From assembly GCF_910577345.1 (NCBI RefSeq), contig NZ_CAJTMT010000004.1:75314-139313 (forward strand): 64,000 nucleotides of DNA. Reading direction: 5' to 3'. The position numbers and the translations under genes were made by a program. Origin of the DNA: an uncultured Duncaniella sp. (lineage in GTDB: Bacteria; Bacteroidota; Bacteroidia; Bacteroidales; Muribaculaceae). The notes under the pieces are model-generated. The model was not told where the DNA came from, did no database searches, and saw nothing but the letters and a program-made list of their open reading frames with translations. Shown one piece after another: positions 9,207 to 18,121 of the stretch (positions are counted from its first letter, which is position 1; each line of letters opens with the position of its first letter).

Positions 9207-9896
9207 ATGCTACGTCTGATTCTTCCGATGTTTCTGGCACTGCTCCCATTGCTGTCCTCTGCTAAAACACCCATCTTTGGCAAAGCCCAGGTGGATGTCG
9301 ATTATATGTATGACTACGTCTGCCGTCACAACCCCAAGTTTGACCGCGAGGTCGCCGAGGCTTTCTACAGGATTGGGGAACGATACGGTATCCGTGGCGA
9401 CATCGCGCTTTGTCAGGCTATCATCGAGACCGGTTGGTTCCGTTTCGACAATGGAACTGCCGTGAAGGCCAAGGCCCATAACTACTGCGGTCTCGGAGTC
9501 AAAAAGCGTGGCGACAAGGGTTGCAAGTTCCGTTCTGTTGAAGAAGGAGTGACGGCTATGATACAGCATCTCTATGCCTACGCCTGCTCCAAGGAGCTTC
9601 CCGGAGGCGAGAAGAAGGTTGACCCGCGTTTTGATTATGTGAAACGCGGTTGCGCTTCGACGTGGGAGAAACTTGCCGGACGATGGGCCATGAATCCCCG
9701 CTACGGCAAGAACATATTAAAGATTTACTCAGGTCTGGCTGCCCATGCCAAATCCGGAAAGACTGTCAGGAAGGCTGTGCCGTCCATTTCGGTGGACCAA
9801 CTTGCGGAAACTGACATGCTCGACGGAATCGGTCCGGACTGCCGCCACGACGTTGACGAAAGTGTCGATGTCGCAAACATTGAATTGTTCAGATGA
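9207..9896 (+). CDS. Secreted glucosaminidase-domain (GH73-like) peptidoglycan hydrolase
   Basis: Signal peptide, 'ALCQAIIETGW', 'HNYCGLG', 'GRWAMNPRYG'. Confidence 0.8.
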   Translation: MLRLILPMFLALLPLLSSAKTPIFGKAQVDVDYMYDYVCRHNPKFDREVAEAFYRIGERYGIRGDIALCQAIIETGWFRFDNGTAVKAKAHNYCGLGVKKRGDKGCKFRSVEEGVTAMIQHLYAYACSKELPGGEKKVDPRFDYVKRGCASTWEKLAGRWAMNPRYGKNILKIYSGLAAHAKSGKTVRKAVPSISVDQLAETDMLDGIGPDCRHDVDESVDVANIELFR

Positions 9897-11215
9897 AAGA
9901 AAAAGAACTTCTGTCAAATATAAATGCCCGTCTCGGCATTTCGGAACTCAACGAAATGCAGCGCCGCATGGCCGGTCTGCAGCTTAAGGGCACGGTGACG
10001 CTGATTGCGCCCACCGGTTCCGGAAAGACATTGGCATTCGCTATCCCGCTGCTTAAGAATCTCGGCCCCTCCGACGGAAAGGTGAGGACAGTTGTCATGG
10101 CTCCCTCGCGCGAACTTGTGATGCAGATATTCGAGGTGATACGCCCGATTGCCACCGGACTGAAGACTGTGGCTTTCTATGGTGGTCATCCCATGCAGGA
10201 GGAAGTGAATTCCCTTTCGGTAACCCCCGACATTATCGTTGCCACTCCCGGTCGTCTGCTCGACCATATCAAGCGTGGAAATCTCGACCTTTCGGGAGTC
10301 AGGACGCTTGTGCTTGACGAATACGACAAGGCGCTTGAACTTGGGTTTGCCGACGAGATGAAGCGTGTGTGCAAGAAACTGACATCGGTATCCTTTGTCA
10401 TACTTACCTCCGCGACTCCGCTTTTCGAACTGCCGGATTATCTTCCGAAGAGCACCCGCAGCGAGCTTGTGGATTTCAGCGCATCTACGTCGCCACGCCG
10501 CCAGATGCAGATTGTCCATGTGCCTTCCCCCTCGCGCGATAAGCTCGACACTCTGATTGATCTGCTCCGCTCGTTGCAGGATGGGAGGGTGATTGTCTTT
10601 GCAAACCATCGCGAGAGCGTTGAGCGCATCCATGCGGCTCTCCGCAAGGCCGGACTTCCGGCCGGATTATACCACGGCGGTCTCGAACAGAACGAGCGCG
10701 AGAACGCGGTGGAGCTTCTCAACAACGGCACCACACCTATCCTAGTTTCCACCGACCTCGGTTCGCGTGGCCTCGACATAGCCGAGCTGTCGGCTGTGGT
10801 CCATTATCATCTTCCGCCCACTGTCGAGGCGTGGACCCACCGCAATGGCCGTACCGCCCGTCAGGACGCTAATGGTGAGGTCTATGTCATTACAACTGAG
10901 GATGAAAACATCCCGGATTATGTTGAATGGGACCGCGATTATGTGCCGCAGGGTCATAGCGCCAATCCGATTGAAACGTCGACGGCCACCCTCTATTTCA
11001 ATGTCGGAAAAAAGGAGAAGATTTCCCGTGGCGACATCGTTGGTTTCCTCATCGCTAAGGGAGGGCTTGAAGCCGGACAGATCGGGCGCATCGCCCTGCG
11101 TGACCATTGCGCGCTTGTGGCAGTCCCGCGCTCCGAAGCCAAGAGACTCATCAAAGACCTCGCCCCCGAACGCATCAAAAACACCCGCGCCAAAATCACC
11201 CTCATGCAGGGTTGA
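9893..11215 (+). CDS. DEAD/DEAH-box RNA helicase with C-terminal DbpA-type RNA-binding domain
   Basis: APTGSGKT, PSRELV, TPGRLLD, DEYD, SAT, HRNGRTAR, and C-terminal GKKEKISRGDIVGF. Confidence 0.9.
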   Translation: MKEKELLSNINARLGISELNEMQRRMAGLQLKGTVTLIAPTGSGKTLAFAIPLLKNLGPSDGKVRTVVMAPSRELVMQIFEVIRPIATGLKTVAFYGGHPMQEEVNSLSVTPDIIVATPGRLLDHIKRGNLDLSGVRTLVLDEYDKALELGFADEMKRVCKKLTSVSFVILTSATPLFELPDYLPKSTRSELVDFSASTSPRRQMQIVHVPSPSRDKLDTLIDLLRSLQDGRVIVFANHRESVERIHAALRKAGLPAGLYHGGLEQNERENAVELLNNGTTPILVSTDLGSRGLDIAELSAVVHYHLPPTVEAWTHRNGRTARQDANGEVYVITTEDENIPDYVEWDRDYVPQGHSANPIETSTATLYFNVGKKEKISRGDIVGFLIAKGGLEAGQIGRIALRDHCALVAVPRSEAKRLIKDLAPERIKNTRAKITLMQG

Positions 11216-11216
11216 T

Positions 11217-11520
11217 AGAGATAAGGCTTATTAAGTCTAATAGGCCAAATAAGTCAAATAAGCCCAATAGGGCTAATAGGGCCAATAACAATAATAGGAA
11301 GCAAGGCAAATTTGCCTTGCTTAAAATAAAAAACGCTCATGGCTGCAAGTTTCGGAAACTTGCAGCCATGAGCGTTTTTTTCAGCTTGATATTCCAGGCA
11401 AATATTAGCCCTATTGGGCCTATTAGCCTTATTGGACTTATAATCCCTATTAGCCCTATTTGGCCTATTAGCCTTATTTGACTTATTAGCCCTATTGGCC
11501 CTATTAGCCTTATTATCCCT
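11217..11520. repeat. Inverted cassette of 9-bp-period AATARG repeats enclosing two palindromes, between convergent genes
   Basis: Left arm about 11217-11298, perfect 24-bp palindrome 11299-11322, 26-bp-arm hairpin 11328-11380, inverted right arm about 11403-11520. Confidence 0.9.
11328..11381. terminator. Bidirectional intrinsic terminator
   Basis: A6-CGCTCATGGCTGCAAGTTTC-g-GAAACTTGCAGCCATGAGCG-T7. Confidence 0.85.
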
Positions 11521-11533
11521 AAAAATCCCCCCC

Positions 11534-12286
11534 TCAATGCGCCACATCGAATCCTCTGCGCTGCAAAGCGCGGAGCATACGATAATTCATCGCCTCTCGG
11601 TAGTAGTCAACAATATGCGAAGCCCAGTCATTGTCCGACTTGCTTCCCTCGCGTGTGCGGTTGTATTCCGCAACAGTCTCGTCATATTTCTTGAGCTCTG
11701 AAACCATCTCCTCGTCGTCCTGACGATATGTGTTCTTGTGAATAACGAGGCTCTGGGGCTGCTTGGGCTTGAGGTCGGGATATTCGCGGGGAACTCCGAG
11801 CGCGAGACCGCAGACAATGAAAGTCTTTTTCGGAAGCTTCATCATCGATGACAGGGCTTCAGGGGCGACAGTGCGCGCATAGCCGATCGGACATGTTCCG
11901 AGGCCGAGGGATTCGGCCATGGCCACGGCACTCATCATGGCAAGTGTGGCATCGACCACACCGACGATCAATCCGTCGACAGTATGTTCGAAATTCGGCA
12001 TGTCGAGGTTTTCGGCATCGCTGATGAGTGAGATTTTGTGGTAGTCGATAAGGAAGAGCATGAAGTGGTTGCAGGTCTTGATCTGCTTCTGCCCCGTAAG
12101 ATTATAGATTTGTTCCTTTATGGTTTGGTCAGTGATGTCAATCACTGAGAATTGCTGGCCGTTGTAGCTTGTCGGGGTGTTGCGTATAGCCTCGTAGATG
12201 AGATCCATCTGCTCGTCAGTGATTGGTTCGCGCTCATAACGGCGTATGCTACGACGTTCGAGGAGACTATCTTTCATGCTTTTCAT
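11534..12286 (-). CDS. Nitroreductase family protein (NfsA/FRP-like)
   Basis: RRSIRRY, TPTSYNGQ, AESLGLGTCPIG, LKPKQP. Confidence 0.88.
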   Translation of the reverse strand: MKSMKDSLLERRSIRRYEREPITDEQMDLIYEAIRNTPTSYNGQQFSVIDITDQTIKEQIYNLTGQKQIKTCNHFMLFLIDYHKISLISDAENLDMPNFEHTVDGLIVGVVDATLAMMSAVAMAESLGLGTCPIGYARTVAPEALSSMMKLPKKTFIVCGLALGVPREYPDLKPKQPQSLVIHKNTYRQDDEEMVSELKKYDETVAEYNRTREGSKSDNDWASHIVDYYREAMNYRMLRALQRRGFDVAH

Positions 12287-12436
12287 AATTTTATGCGTAT
12301 TTTTAGGGGAGTGGTGAGGAGTGTGAATGTTAGTTTATAAATTGAGAATCGGCGCAAGGCCCGAAGAATTTGTTTGTGTAACAAAACAAAGTTTAGGAAT
12401 GTTCACGGCTTCTTGGATTATTAACATATTTTAATC

Positions 12437-12468
12437 TTTGCTTTGTCTTCTTTAAATGAGTAACTTTG
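12437..12468 (+). promoter_or_regulatory. Antiporter promoter
   Basis: TTTG-N20-TAACTTTG. Confidence 0.7.
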
Positions 12469-12527
12469 CAAATGTTTCATCCTCACTTCTGTAACTCCTA
12501 TAACTTCCACTAAAAATTTTATTTCCG

Positions 12528-14009
12528 ATGGACTTCATAACTTCAGAAAATATACTCCTCGTTGGGTCTATACTGCTCATTGCAGGTGTGCTTATCGGCA
12601 AATCGAGCTACCGTTTCGGGTTGCCGATTCTCTTGATATTCCTACTTGTCGGGATGGCCTTCGGTACGGACGGTATCGGCATACAGTTCAGCGACATGCA
12701 CACTGCCCAATTCATCGGAATGATAGCCCTCTGCATTATACTTTTCTCCGGTGGTATGGGGACGAAGCTGTCGGCCATACGTCCGGTGATTGTTCCCGGT
12801 TTGATTCTCTCTACTGTCGGGGTGTTGCTGACTGCGCTCGTCACCGGTCTGTTCATCTGGTGGCTGTCGGGGATGGACTGGACAAATATCCACTTCGCTT
12901 TCTTGCCGTCGCTGTTGCTTGCGGCCACGATGTCGTCGACCGATTCAGCTTCGGTGTTCGGCATACTCGGAAGTCAGAAGGTGGCTCTGCGCAACAATCT
13001 TCGTCCGATGCTTGAACTTGAGAGTGGTTCGAACGACCCGATGGCCTACATGCTGACAATCATTCTGATTGAGGCTATCACTCTTGGCGGAGGCCTTTCT
13101 GCCGGAGGAATAATCGTCGAGTTGTTGCTGCAATTCGGCGTAGGTGCTGCCGGAGGTTTCCTAATTGGAAAAATCACCCTTTGGCTGATAGGTTTCTATT
13201 GCCGTATGGGGCGCAGCACAGGGGCAAAGGAGGATGCGTCGCAGGCCACGTCGATGATTTCAATCCTGATGATAGGCTGCGTCTTCTTCACCTTTGCCGT
13301 CACCACCGCGCTTGCCGGAAACGGCTATCTTGCGGTCTATATCTGCGGAATTGTCCTCGGCAATGCGAAGCTCCCGAATCATAGGGGTATTGCGAAATTC
13401 CTCGACGGCATGACGTGGCTGGCTCAGATTGTGGTCTTCCTCATGCTCGGTCTGCTCGTCAACCCCCATGAGATGATGGGTGTGGTAGCCGTGTCGCTTC
13501 TGATCGGCGTCTTTATGATTCTTGTCGGTCGTCCGCTTAGCGTGTTTCTTTCGCTCCTGCCGTTGCGCAACATCTCCACGCGTTCGAAACTCTTTGTATC
13601 GTGGGTCGGACTGCGCGGTGCGGTGCCTATTATCTTTGCCACATATCCGGTCGTTGCGGGCATCGAGGGTGCAGGGCAGATTTTCAATATTGTTTTCTTC
13701 GTGACGCTGCTTTCGCTTCTTGTCCAGGGCACGACAGTTATCGCATCTGCTCGTAAACTCAAACTTATCGACACTGATGCCAAGGAGGACGAAGACTTTG
13801 GTGTGGAGCTTGCCGACGAACTTCCGACAACCCTCCAGACCATCACGCTGACCGAACAGAGTCTTGCGGAAGGCAACACCCTGCGCGACATGAATCTCCC
13901 CGCCGGTTCGCTCGTGATGATGATACGCCGTGGTTCGCGCTACATCGTCCCCAACGGCACCCGCCGCCTCCAACCCGGCGACACCCTGCTCATTATCAAG
14001 GAGGAATAA
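12528..14009 (+). CDS. K+/H+ antiporter (NhaP2/CvrA family) with C-terminal TrkA-C domain
   Basis: SSTDSASVF, LELESGSNDPMA, WVGLRGAVPI and a C-terminal RCK-C-like segment. Confidence 0.9.
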   Translation: MDFITSENILLVGSILLIAGVLIGKSSYRFGLPILLIFLLVGMAFGTDGIGIQFSDMHTAQFIGMIALCIILFSGGMGTKLSAIRPVIVPGLILSTVGVLLTALVTGLFIWWLSGMDWTNIHFAFLPSLLLAATMSSTDSASVFGILGSQKVALRNNLRPMLELESGSNDPMAYMLTIILIEAITLGGGLSAGGIIVELLLQFGVGAAGGFLIGKITLWLIGFYCRMGRSTGAKEDASQATSMISILMIGCVFFTFAVTTALAGNGYLAVYICGIVLGNAKLPNHRGIAKFLDGMTWLAQIVVFLMLGLLVNPHEMMGVVAVSLLIGVFMILVGRPLSVFLSLLPLRNISTRSKLFVSWVGLRGAVPIIFATYPVVAGIEGAGQIFNIVFFVTLLSLLVQGTTVIASARKLKLIDTDAKEDEDFGVELADELPTTLQTITLTEQSLAEGNTLRDMNLPAGSLVMMIRRGSRYIVPNGTRRLQPGDTLLIIKEE

Positions 14010-14025
14010 GGCAAGCCTTATTCCT

Positions 14026-14228
14026 TAGTATAGAGATTAAAGTATAGAGTATAGATATTACTCCTGCTGGAATTTTCAGTATAGAGGACCTTTGAGTATA
14101 GAGGGTAAAGTATAGAGTATAGATAATAGTTTGGAGGGAAGATGGAGGATTGACGGCCAATTGAGGTCGATGCAGCCTTCTTTTCCGCATAAACTAATAT
14201 CTATACTCTATACTTTACCCTCTATACT
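14026..14228. repeat. REP/MITE-like element of AGTATAGAG(ATT/GGT)AAAGTATAGAGTATAGATA units
   Basis: Direct copies at 14027-14057 and 14095-14125; 14198-14228 is the exact reverse complement of the second. Confidence 0.9.
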
Positions 14229-14231
14229 TTG

Positions 14232-14301
14232 CGCAAGGCGACACCTTCAGTCTTCCTTATTCACAGCTGTGAATAAGGAAGACTGAAGGTGTCGCCTTGC
14301 G
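14232..14301. repeat. Perfect 70-bp palindrome with no loop
   Basis: 35-bp arms, centre TCACAG|CTGTGA at 14266/14267. Confidence 0.95.
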
Positions 14302-15130
14302 AGATATCGCCTGTCGAGAGGCCGCGTTTGAGCCAGCGGGTACGCTGTTCGGAAGTACCGTGGGTGAAGGAGTCGGGGACGGCATATCCCTGGGCTTTCT
14401 TTTGCAGGTAGTCGTCGCCGATTTTCATCGAGGCATTGAGGGCCTCTTCAAGATCGCCATCCTCGATGGAGTTGAACATGGCGTTGTCGTGGTGTGCCCA
14501 CACTCCGGCAAGGAAGTCGGCCTGAAGCTCGATGCGCACACTGATATTGTTTGCATCGGTTTCGGAGCTGCGGTTCATTGCCGCATGGGCTTGGTCGAGA
14601 GTTCCGAGAAGGTGTTGGACATGGTGACCAACCTCATGGGCAATGACGTAGGCATAGGCGAAGTCGCCGTCCGCGCCGAGGGTCTTGCGCATGTCGCGGA
14701 AAAATGAGAGGTCAATATAGAGGCTCTGGTCGGCAGAACAGTAGAAGGGACCTACAGCGGCTGTCGCGTTGCCGCAGGCGCTCTGGACAGCGTCTGTGAA
14801 GAGCACGAGTGTCGGTGCCTCGTATTCCTTGCCCATCCGGGCGAAGAGCTGAGTCCACACGTCCTCGGTTCCTGCAAGTATCTGACGTGAGAAGCGGGCG
14901 AGTTCCTCCTCTTCCTCAGTCGGTGTATAGTTTTCGGTTGTCTGTCCTCCTGTCATCATGTTGCCGACATTGGAGGTGATGACATCCAGGGGGCTGCCGC
15001 CTGAAATCCAGGCGATGATTGCAGCGATGATGACGGCTCCGATGCCGCCACCAATCTTGAGTCCGCGTCCGGCGCTGCTTCCGCGCCGGTCACTGACGTT
15101 TGAGCTTTCGCGTCGTCCGTTTAGTCGCAT
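14261..15130 (-). CDS. Neutral zinc metallopeptidase (YpfJ-like)
   Basis: Start set at MRLNGRRESSNV. Motifs GPFYC, AHEVGHHVQ, ELQADFLAG, FTHGTSEQR. Confidence 0.88.
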   Translation of the reverse strand: MRLNGRRESSNVSDRRGSSAGRGLKIGGGIGAVIIAAIIAWISGGSPLDVITSNVGNMMTGGQTTENYTPTEEEEELARFSRQILAGTEDVWTQLFARMGKEYEAPTLVLFTDAVQSACGNATAAVGPFYCSADQSLYIDLSFFRDMRKTLGADGDFAYAYVIAHEVGHHVQHLLGTLDQAHAAMNRSSETDANNISVRIELQADFLAGVWAHHDNAMFNSIEDGDLEEALNASMKIGDDYLQKKAQGYAVPDSFTHGTSEQRTRWLKRGLSTGDISQGDTFSLPYSQL

Positions 15131-15160
15131 ATAATCTGTATGAGATGGGATTTTGGTTTT

Positions 15161-15374
15161 GATACAGACGTGCAAAAGGGCATAAGCGACACAAAAGATA
15201 TATAGTTTTCTGCAAGATTGAGAGTTATCTTCAGAGTCTTGGCAAGCCAAGCGGCTGTGCCGATTACCTGGCAAGCCAAGCGGCAGAGCCGATAACCCGG
15301 CAAGCCGGGCAGCTGAGCCGATGACTTTATTACTATATTCTTTTGTCGCTTATGCTCTTTTGCGCGTCTGTATC
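15161..15374. repeat. 214-bp cassette with ~45-bp imperfect terminal inverted repeats and an internal 3 x 29-bp tandem repeat
   Basis: Arms 15161-15206 and 15332-15374; GGCAAGCC...GCCGAT units at 15241, 15270 and 15299. Confidence 0.88.
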
Positions 15375-15377
15375 TAC

Positions 15378-16085
15378 TTAGTTCTTGAGGGCTTTCCAGA
15401 CGGCTGAGCTGAGGAGCGCGCCGAGGAAGGGAGCCACGATAAAGAGCCAGAGCTGGGCGATGGGCTGCGCATTGCCTTCGATGGCTGCGAAGATGGCGGG
15501 GCCGAATGAACGTGCGGGGTTCACGGATGTACCTGTGATGGGGATACATGCGATGTGGACGAGCACGAGGGTGAGGCCGATTGCGAGACCTGCGAAGTTA
15601 CCTGCGCCTTTCTTTTCGTCTGTCGAGCCGAGGACGACGAGCACGAAGATGAAGGTGAAGACGAATTCGGCGATGAATGCCGGGAACATGTTGCCGACCA
15701 TGAAGGAGTTGGCGCCTGTGGTGGTGGTGTTGTTGAACACTGCCTCGATGCCTGCCTCATTGCCCGTGTGGACGAGTACCCAGAGGACAAACGACGCGAT
15801 GAGGGCGCCGATGCACTGGAAGAGCATGTAGCCTGCAGCTTCCTTGCCGCTCATGCGTCCGCTCGACCATACTCCGAGGGTGATGGCGGGGTTGATGTGG
15901 CAGCCCGAGATGTTGCCGATGGTGTAGGCCATAGCTACTACCGAGAGGCCGAAGGCCATTGCAACGCCGAGGGTTGAGACTCCATAGCCGGTTGTGCCGA
16001 CTCCGATGCCGGCGAAGATTGCGCTACCGCAACCCATGAGTACCAGTACAAACGTACCGATCATCTCTGCGAGATACTTTTTCAT
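15378..16085 (-). CDS. aqpZ: MIP family channel (aquaporin Z-like)
   Basis: Two NPA boxes (SGCHINPA, GTSVNPARS). Confidence 0.85.
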   Translation of the reverse strand: MKKYLAEMIGTFVLVLMGCGSAIFAGIGVGTTGYGVSTLGVAMAFGLSVVAMAYTIGNISGCHINPAITLGVWSSGRMSGKEAAGYMLFQCIGALIASFVLWVLVHTGNEAGIEAVFNNTTTTGANSFMVGNMFPAFIAEFVFTFIFVLVVLGSTDEKKGAGNFAGLAIGLTLVLVHIACIPITGTSVNPARSFGPAIFAAIEGNAQPIAQLWLFIVAPFLGALLSSAVWKALKN

Positions 16086-16311
16086 TAATGATAAAATTTA
16101 GTTGAAAGTAATTTGAGGTTTGTAAATTCTATGGGTAGTTGTAGGAATTTATCCAAATAAGTATGTGCTGTTTTATTTTTCTAAACCACAAAATAATTAT
16201 AATGGTTTTACAAAGGTTAAAATTTTTTATTTAATTTCAATGGTTTACGTCATAAAAATCGTAAATTGTAATGGAAAAATCGACAATTTTCGGAATTTCG
16301 AATATTTATGC

Positions 16312-16319
16312 TAACTTTG
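16312..16319 (+). promoter_or_regulatory. -7 promoter element of dipeptidase
   Basis: TAACTTTG about 60 nt upstream of the ATG. Confidence 0.55.
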
Positions 16320-16379
16320 CCTATCAGTTAAATAATCATACAGTAAATAAATCAATCACACAGTAAATAATAATAACTT

Positions 16380-18017
16380 ATGAAATTCAAGTCACTGTTT
16401 TTAGCTTTGGCGGCGGTGCTTCCGGTGGAGGCGCTTGCATGTACGAGCCTCATCGCGGGCAAGAAGGCCACGACTGACGGGTCGGTGCTTGTGACGTATG
16501 CAGCGGACAGCCATACGCTTTACGGCGAACTCTATAACCGTCCCGGCGGGAAGCACGCTCCGGGCGAAGTGAGGAAGATTGTTGAGTGGGATACAGGCAA
16601 GTATCTTGGCGACATTCCTCAGGTGGCCGAGACATATACGACCATCGGCAATATGAACGAGCATGGACTGACCATTTCCGAGAGCACCTGGGGCGGCCGT
16701 GCCGAGCTTGAGGACACGACCGGAATCATGGACTACGGTTCGCTCATCTATGTGACCCTCGAGCGCGCGAAGACTGCCCGAGAGGCCATAAAGGTGATGA
16801 CTGACCTCGTGAAGGACTATGGCTATCATTCGAGCGGCGAGTCGTTCTCGATCGCCGATTCGGAGGAGGCATGGATAATGGAACTTATCGGCAAGGGTGG
16901 CAAGGAGAAGGGTGCCGTCTGGGTTGCCCGTCGCATCCCCGACGACTGCATTGCCGGACATGCCAACCATCCCCGTATCCACAAGTTCCCCTTGAACGAC
17001 AAGGAGAACACAATCTATTCGCCCGACGTTATAGATTTCGCACGCAAGATGGGATATTACAAAGGCAAGGATGAGGATTTCAGCTTCTCGCTTGCCTACG
17101 GAGAGCTCGACGGCACCGCCACCCGCGGTTGCGACGGCCGTGTGTGGAGCTACTTCAACCGTTTCGCCGACGGAATGGATGCCTATCTTCCCTGGGTGAT
17201 GAACGCCGAGGGTGATCCTTTCCCTCTTTGGGTAAAGCCCAACCGTCAGGTGAGTGTCAACGATATGAAATGGATGATGCGTGACCACTTCGAGGGCACT
17301 CCGCTCGACATGACCCAGGACATCGGTGCCGGTCCCTACAAGGTGCCTTACCGTTGGCGTCCGATGACATTCAAGGTCGACGGAAAGGAGTATCTCAACG
17401 AGCGCGCCATCGCCACACAGCAGACCGGTTTCTCGTTTGTGTCGCAGATGAACTCGTCGCACCCGGAATTGATGCGCGGCATCCTCTGGTTTGGCGTTGA
17501 TGATGCTAACACCTGTGTGTATGTCCCGATGTATAACGGTATCACCACCATTCCCCATGAGTTTGCTGTCGGCAACGGTGATCTCCTTACGCTTTCGTGG
17601 GATGCCGCTTTCTGGGTGACAAGCTATGTGGCTAATCAGGCATATCATCAGTACAGCAAGATGATTGACGATATCCGCCGTGTCCAGAACGCCGAGGAGG
17701 CTACTCTGGAGGGTGAGGTCAACACCATGCTTGCCGAACTTCCCAAGCTTGACGAGGCTACAGCCCGTCAGCGTCTCAACTCGCATTCGACCGAAGCTTC
17801 GAAGCGCTATGTGAAGCGTTACAAGGACCTCGGTGATTACCTGCTCGTGAAATACATGGACGGTAACATCAAGCGCGAGAAGGACGGAAAGTTCGAGCGC
17901 ACACCCGAGGGTATGCCGGTGTCGCCTATCTATGGCGGTTATGACGACCGTTACTACCGCTCGATTGCCGACCAGACCGGCGAGCATCTGCTTGTCAAGG
18001 AGCCTGCGAAGCGATAA
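16380..18017 (+). CDS. C69 family dipeptidase
   Basis: Signal peptide followed by nucleophile Cys (A-CTSLIAGKKATTDGS); MNEHGLTISE; AKTAREAI. Confidence 0.9.
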   Translation: MKFKSLFLALAAVLPVEALACTSLIAGKKATTDGSVLVTYAADSHTLYGELYNRPGGKHAPGEVRKIVEWDTGKYLGDIPQVAETYTTIGNMNEHGLTISESTWGGRAELEDTTGIMDYGSLIYVTLERAKTAREAIKVMTDLVKDYGYHSSGESFSIADSEEAWIMELIGKGGKEKGAVWVARRIPDDCIAGHANHPRIHKFPLNDKENTIYSPDVIDFARKMGYYKGKDEDFSFSLAYGELDGTATRGCDGRVWSYFNRFADGMDAYLPWVMNAEGDPFPLWVKPNRQVSVNDMKWMMRDHFEGTPLDMTQDIGAGPYKVPYRWRPMTFKVDGKEYLNERAIATQQTGFSFVSQMNSSHPELMRGILWFGVDDANTCVYVPMYNGITTIPHEFAVGNGDLLTLSWDAAFWVTSYVANQAYHQYSKMIDDIRRVQNAEEATLEGEVNTMLAELPKLDEATARQRLNSHSTEASKRYVKRYKDLGDYLLVKYMDGNIKREKDGKFERTPEGMPVSPIYGGYDDRYYRSIADQTGEHLLVKEPAKR

Positions 18018-18028
18018 AGGGGGAGATT

Positions 18029-18100
18029 AATAGGCCTAATAGGGCTAATAGGTCAAATAAGCCCAATAGGGCTAATAAGGCTAATAGGCCCAATAGGGCT
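18029..18100. repeat. 8 x 9-bp AATARG array (single arm)
   Basis: aataggcct aatagggct aataggtca aataagccc aatagggct aataaggct aataggccc aatagggct. Confidence 0.95.
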
Positions 18101-18121
18101 ATCTCTATTGAATGTAAATAA

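Noticed and set aside
16401..17987. 528-aa antisense ORF (also 18149-19840, 51232-52653 and many shorter ones)
   Set aside because: Shadow frames opposite well-supported genes with biased codon usage; no recognisable motifs.
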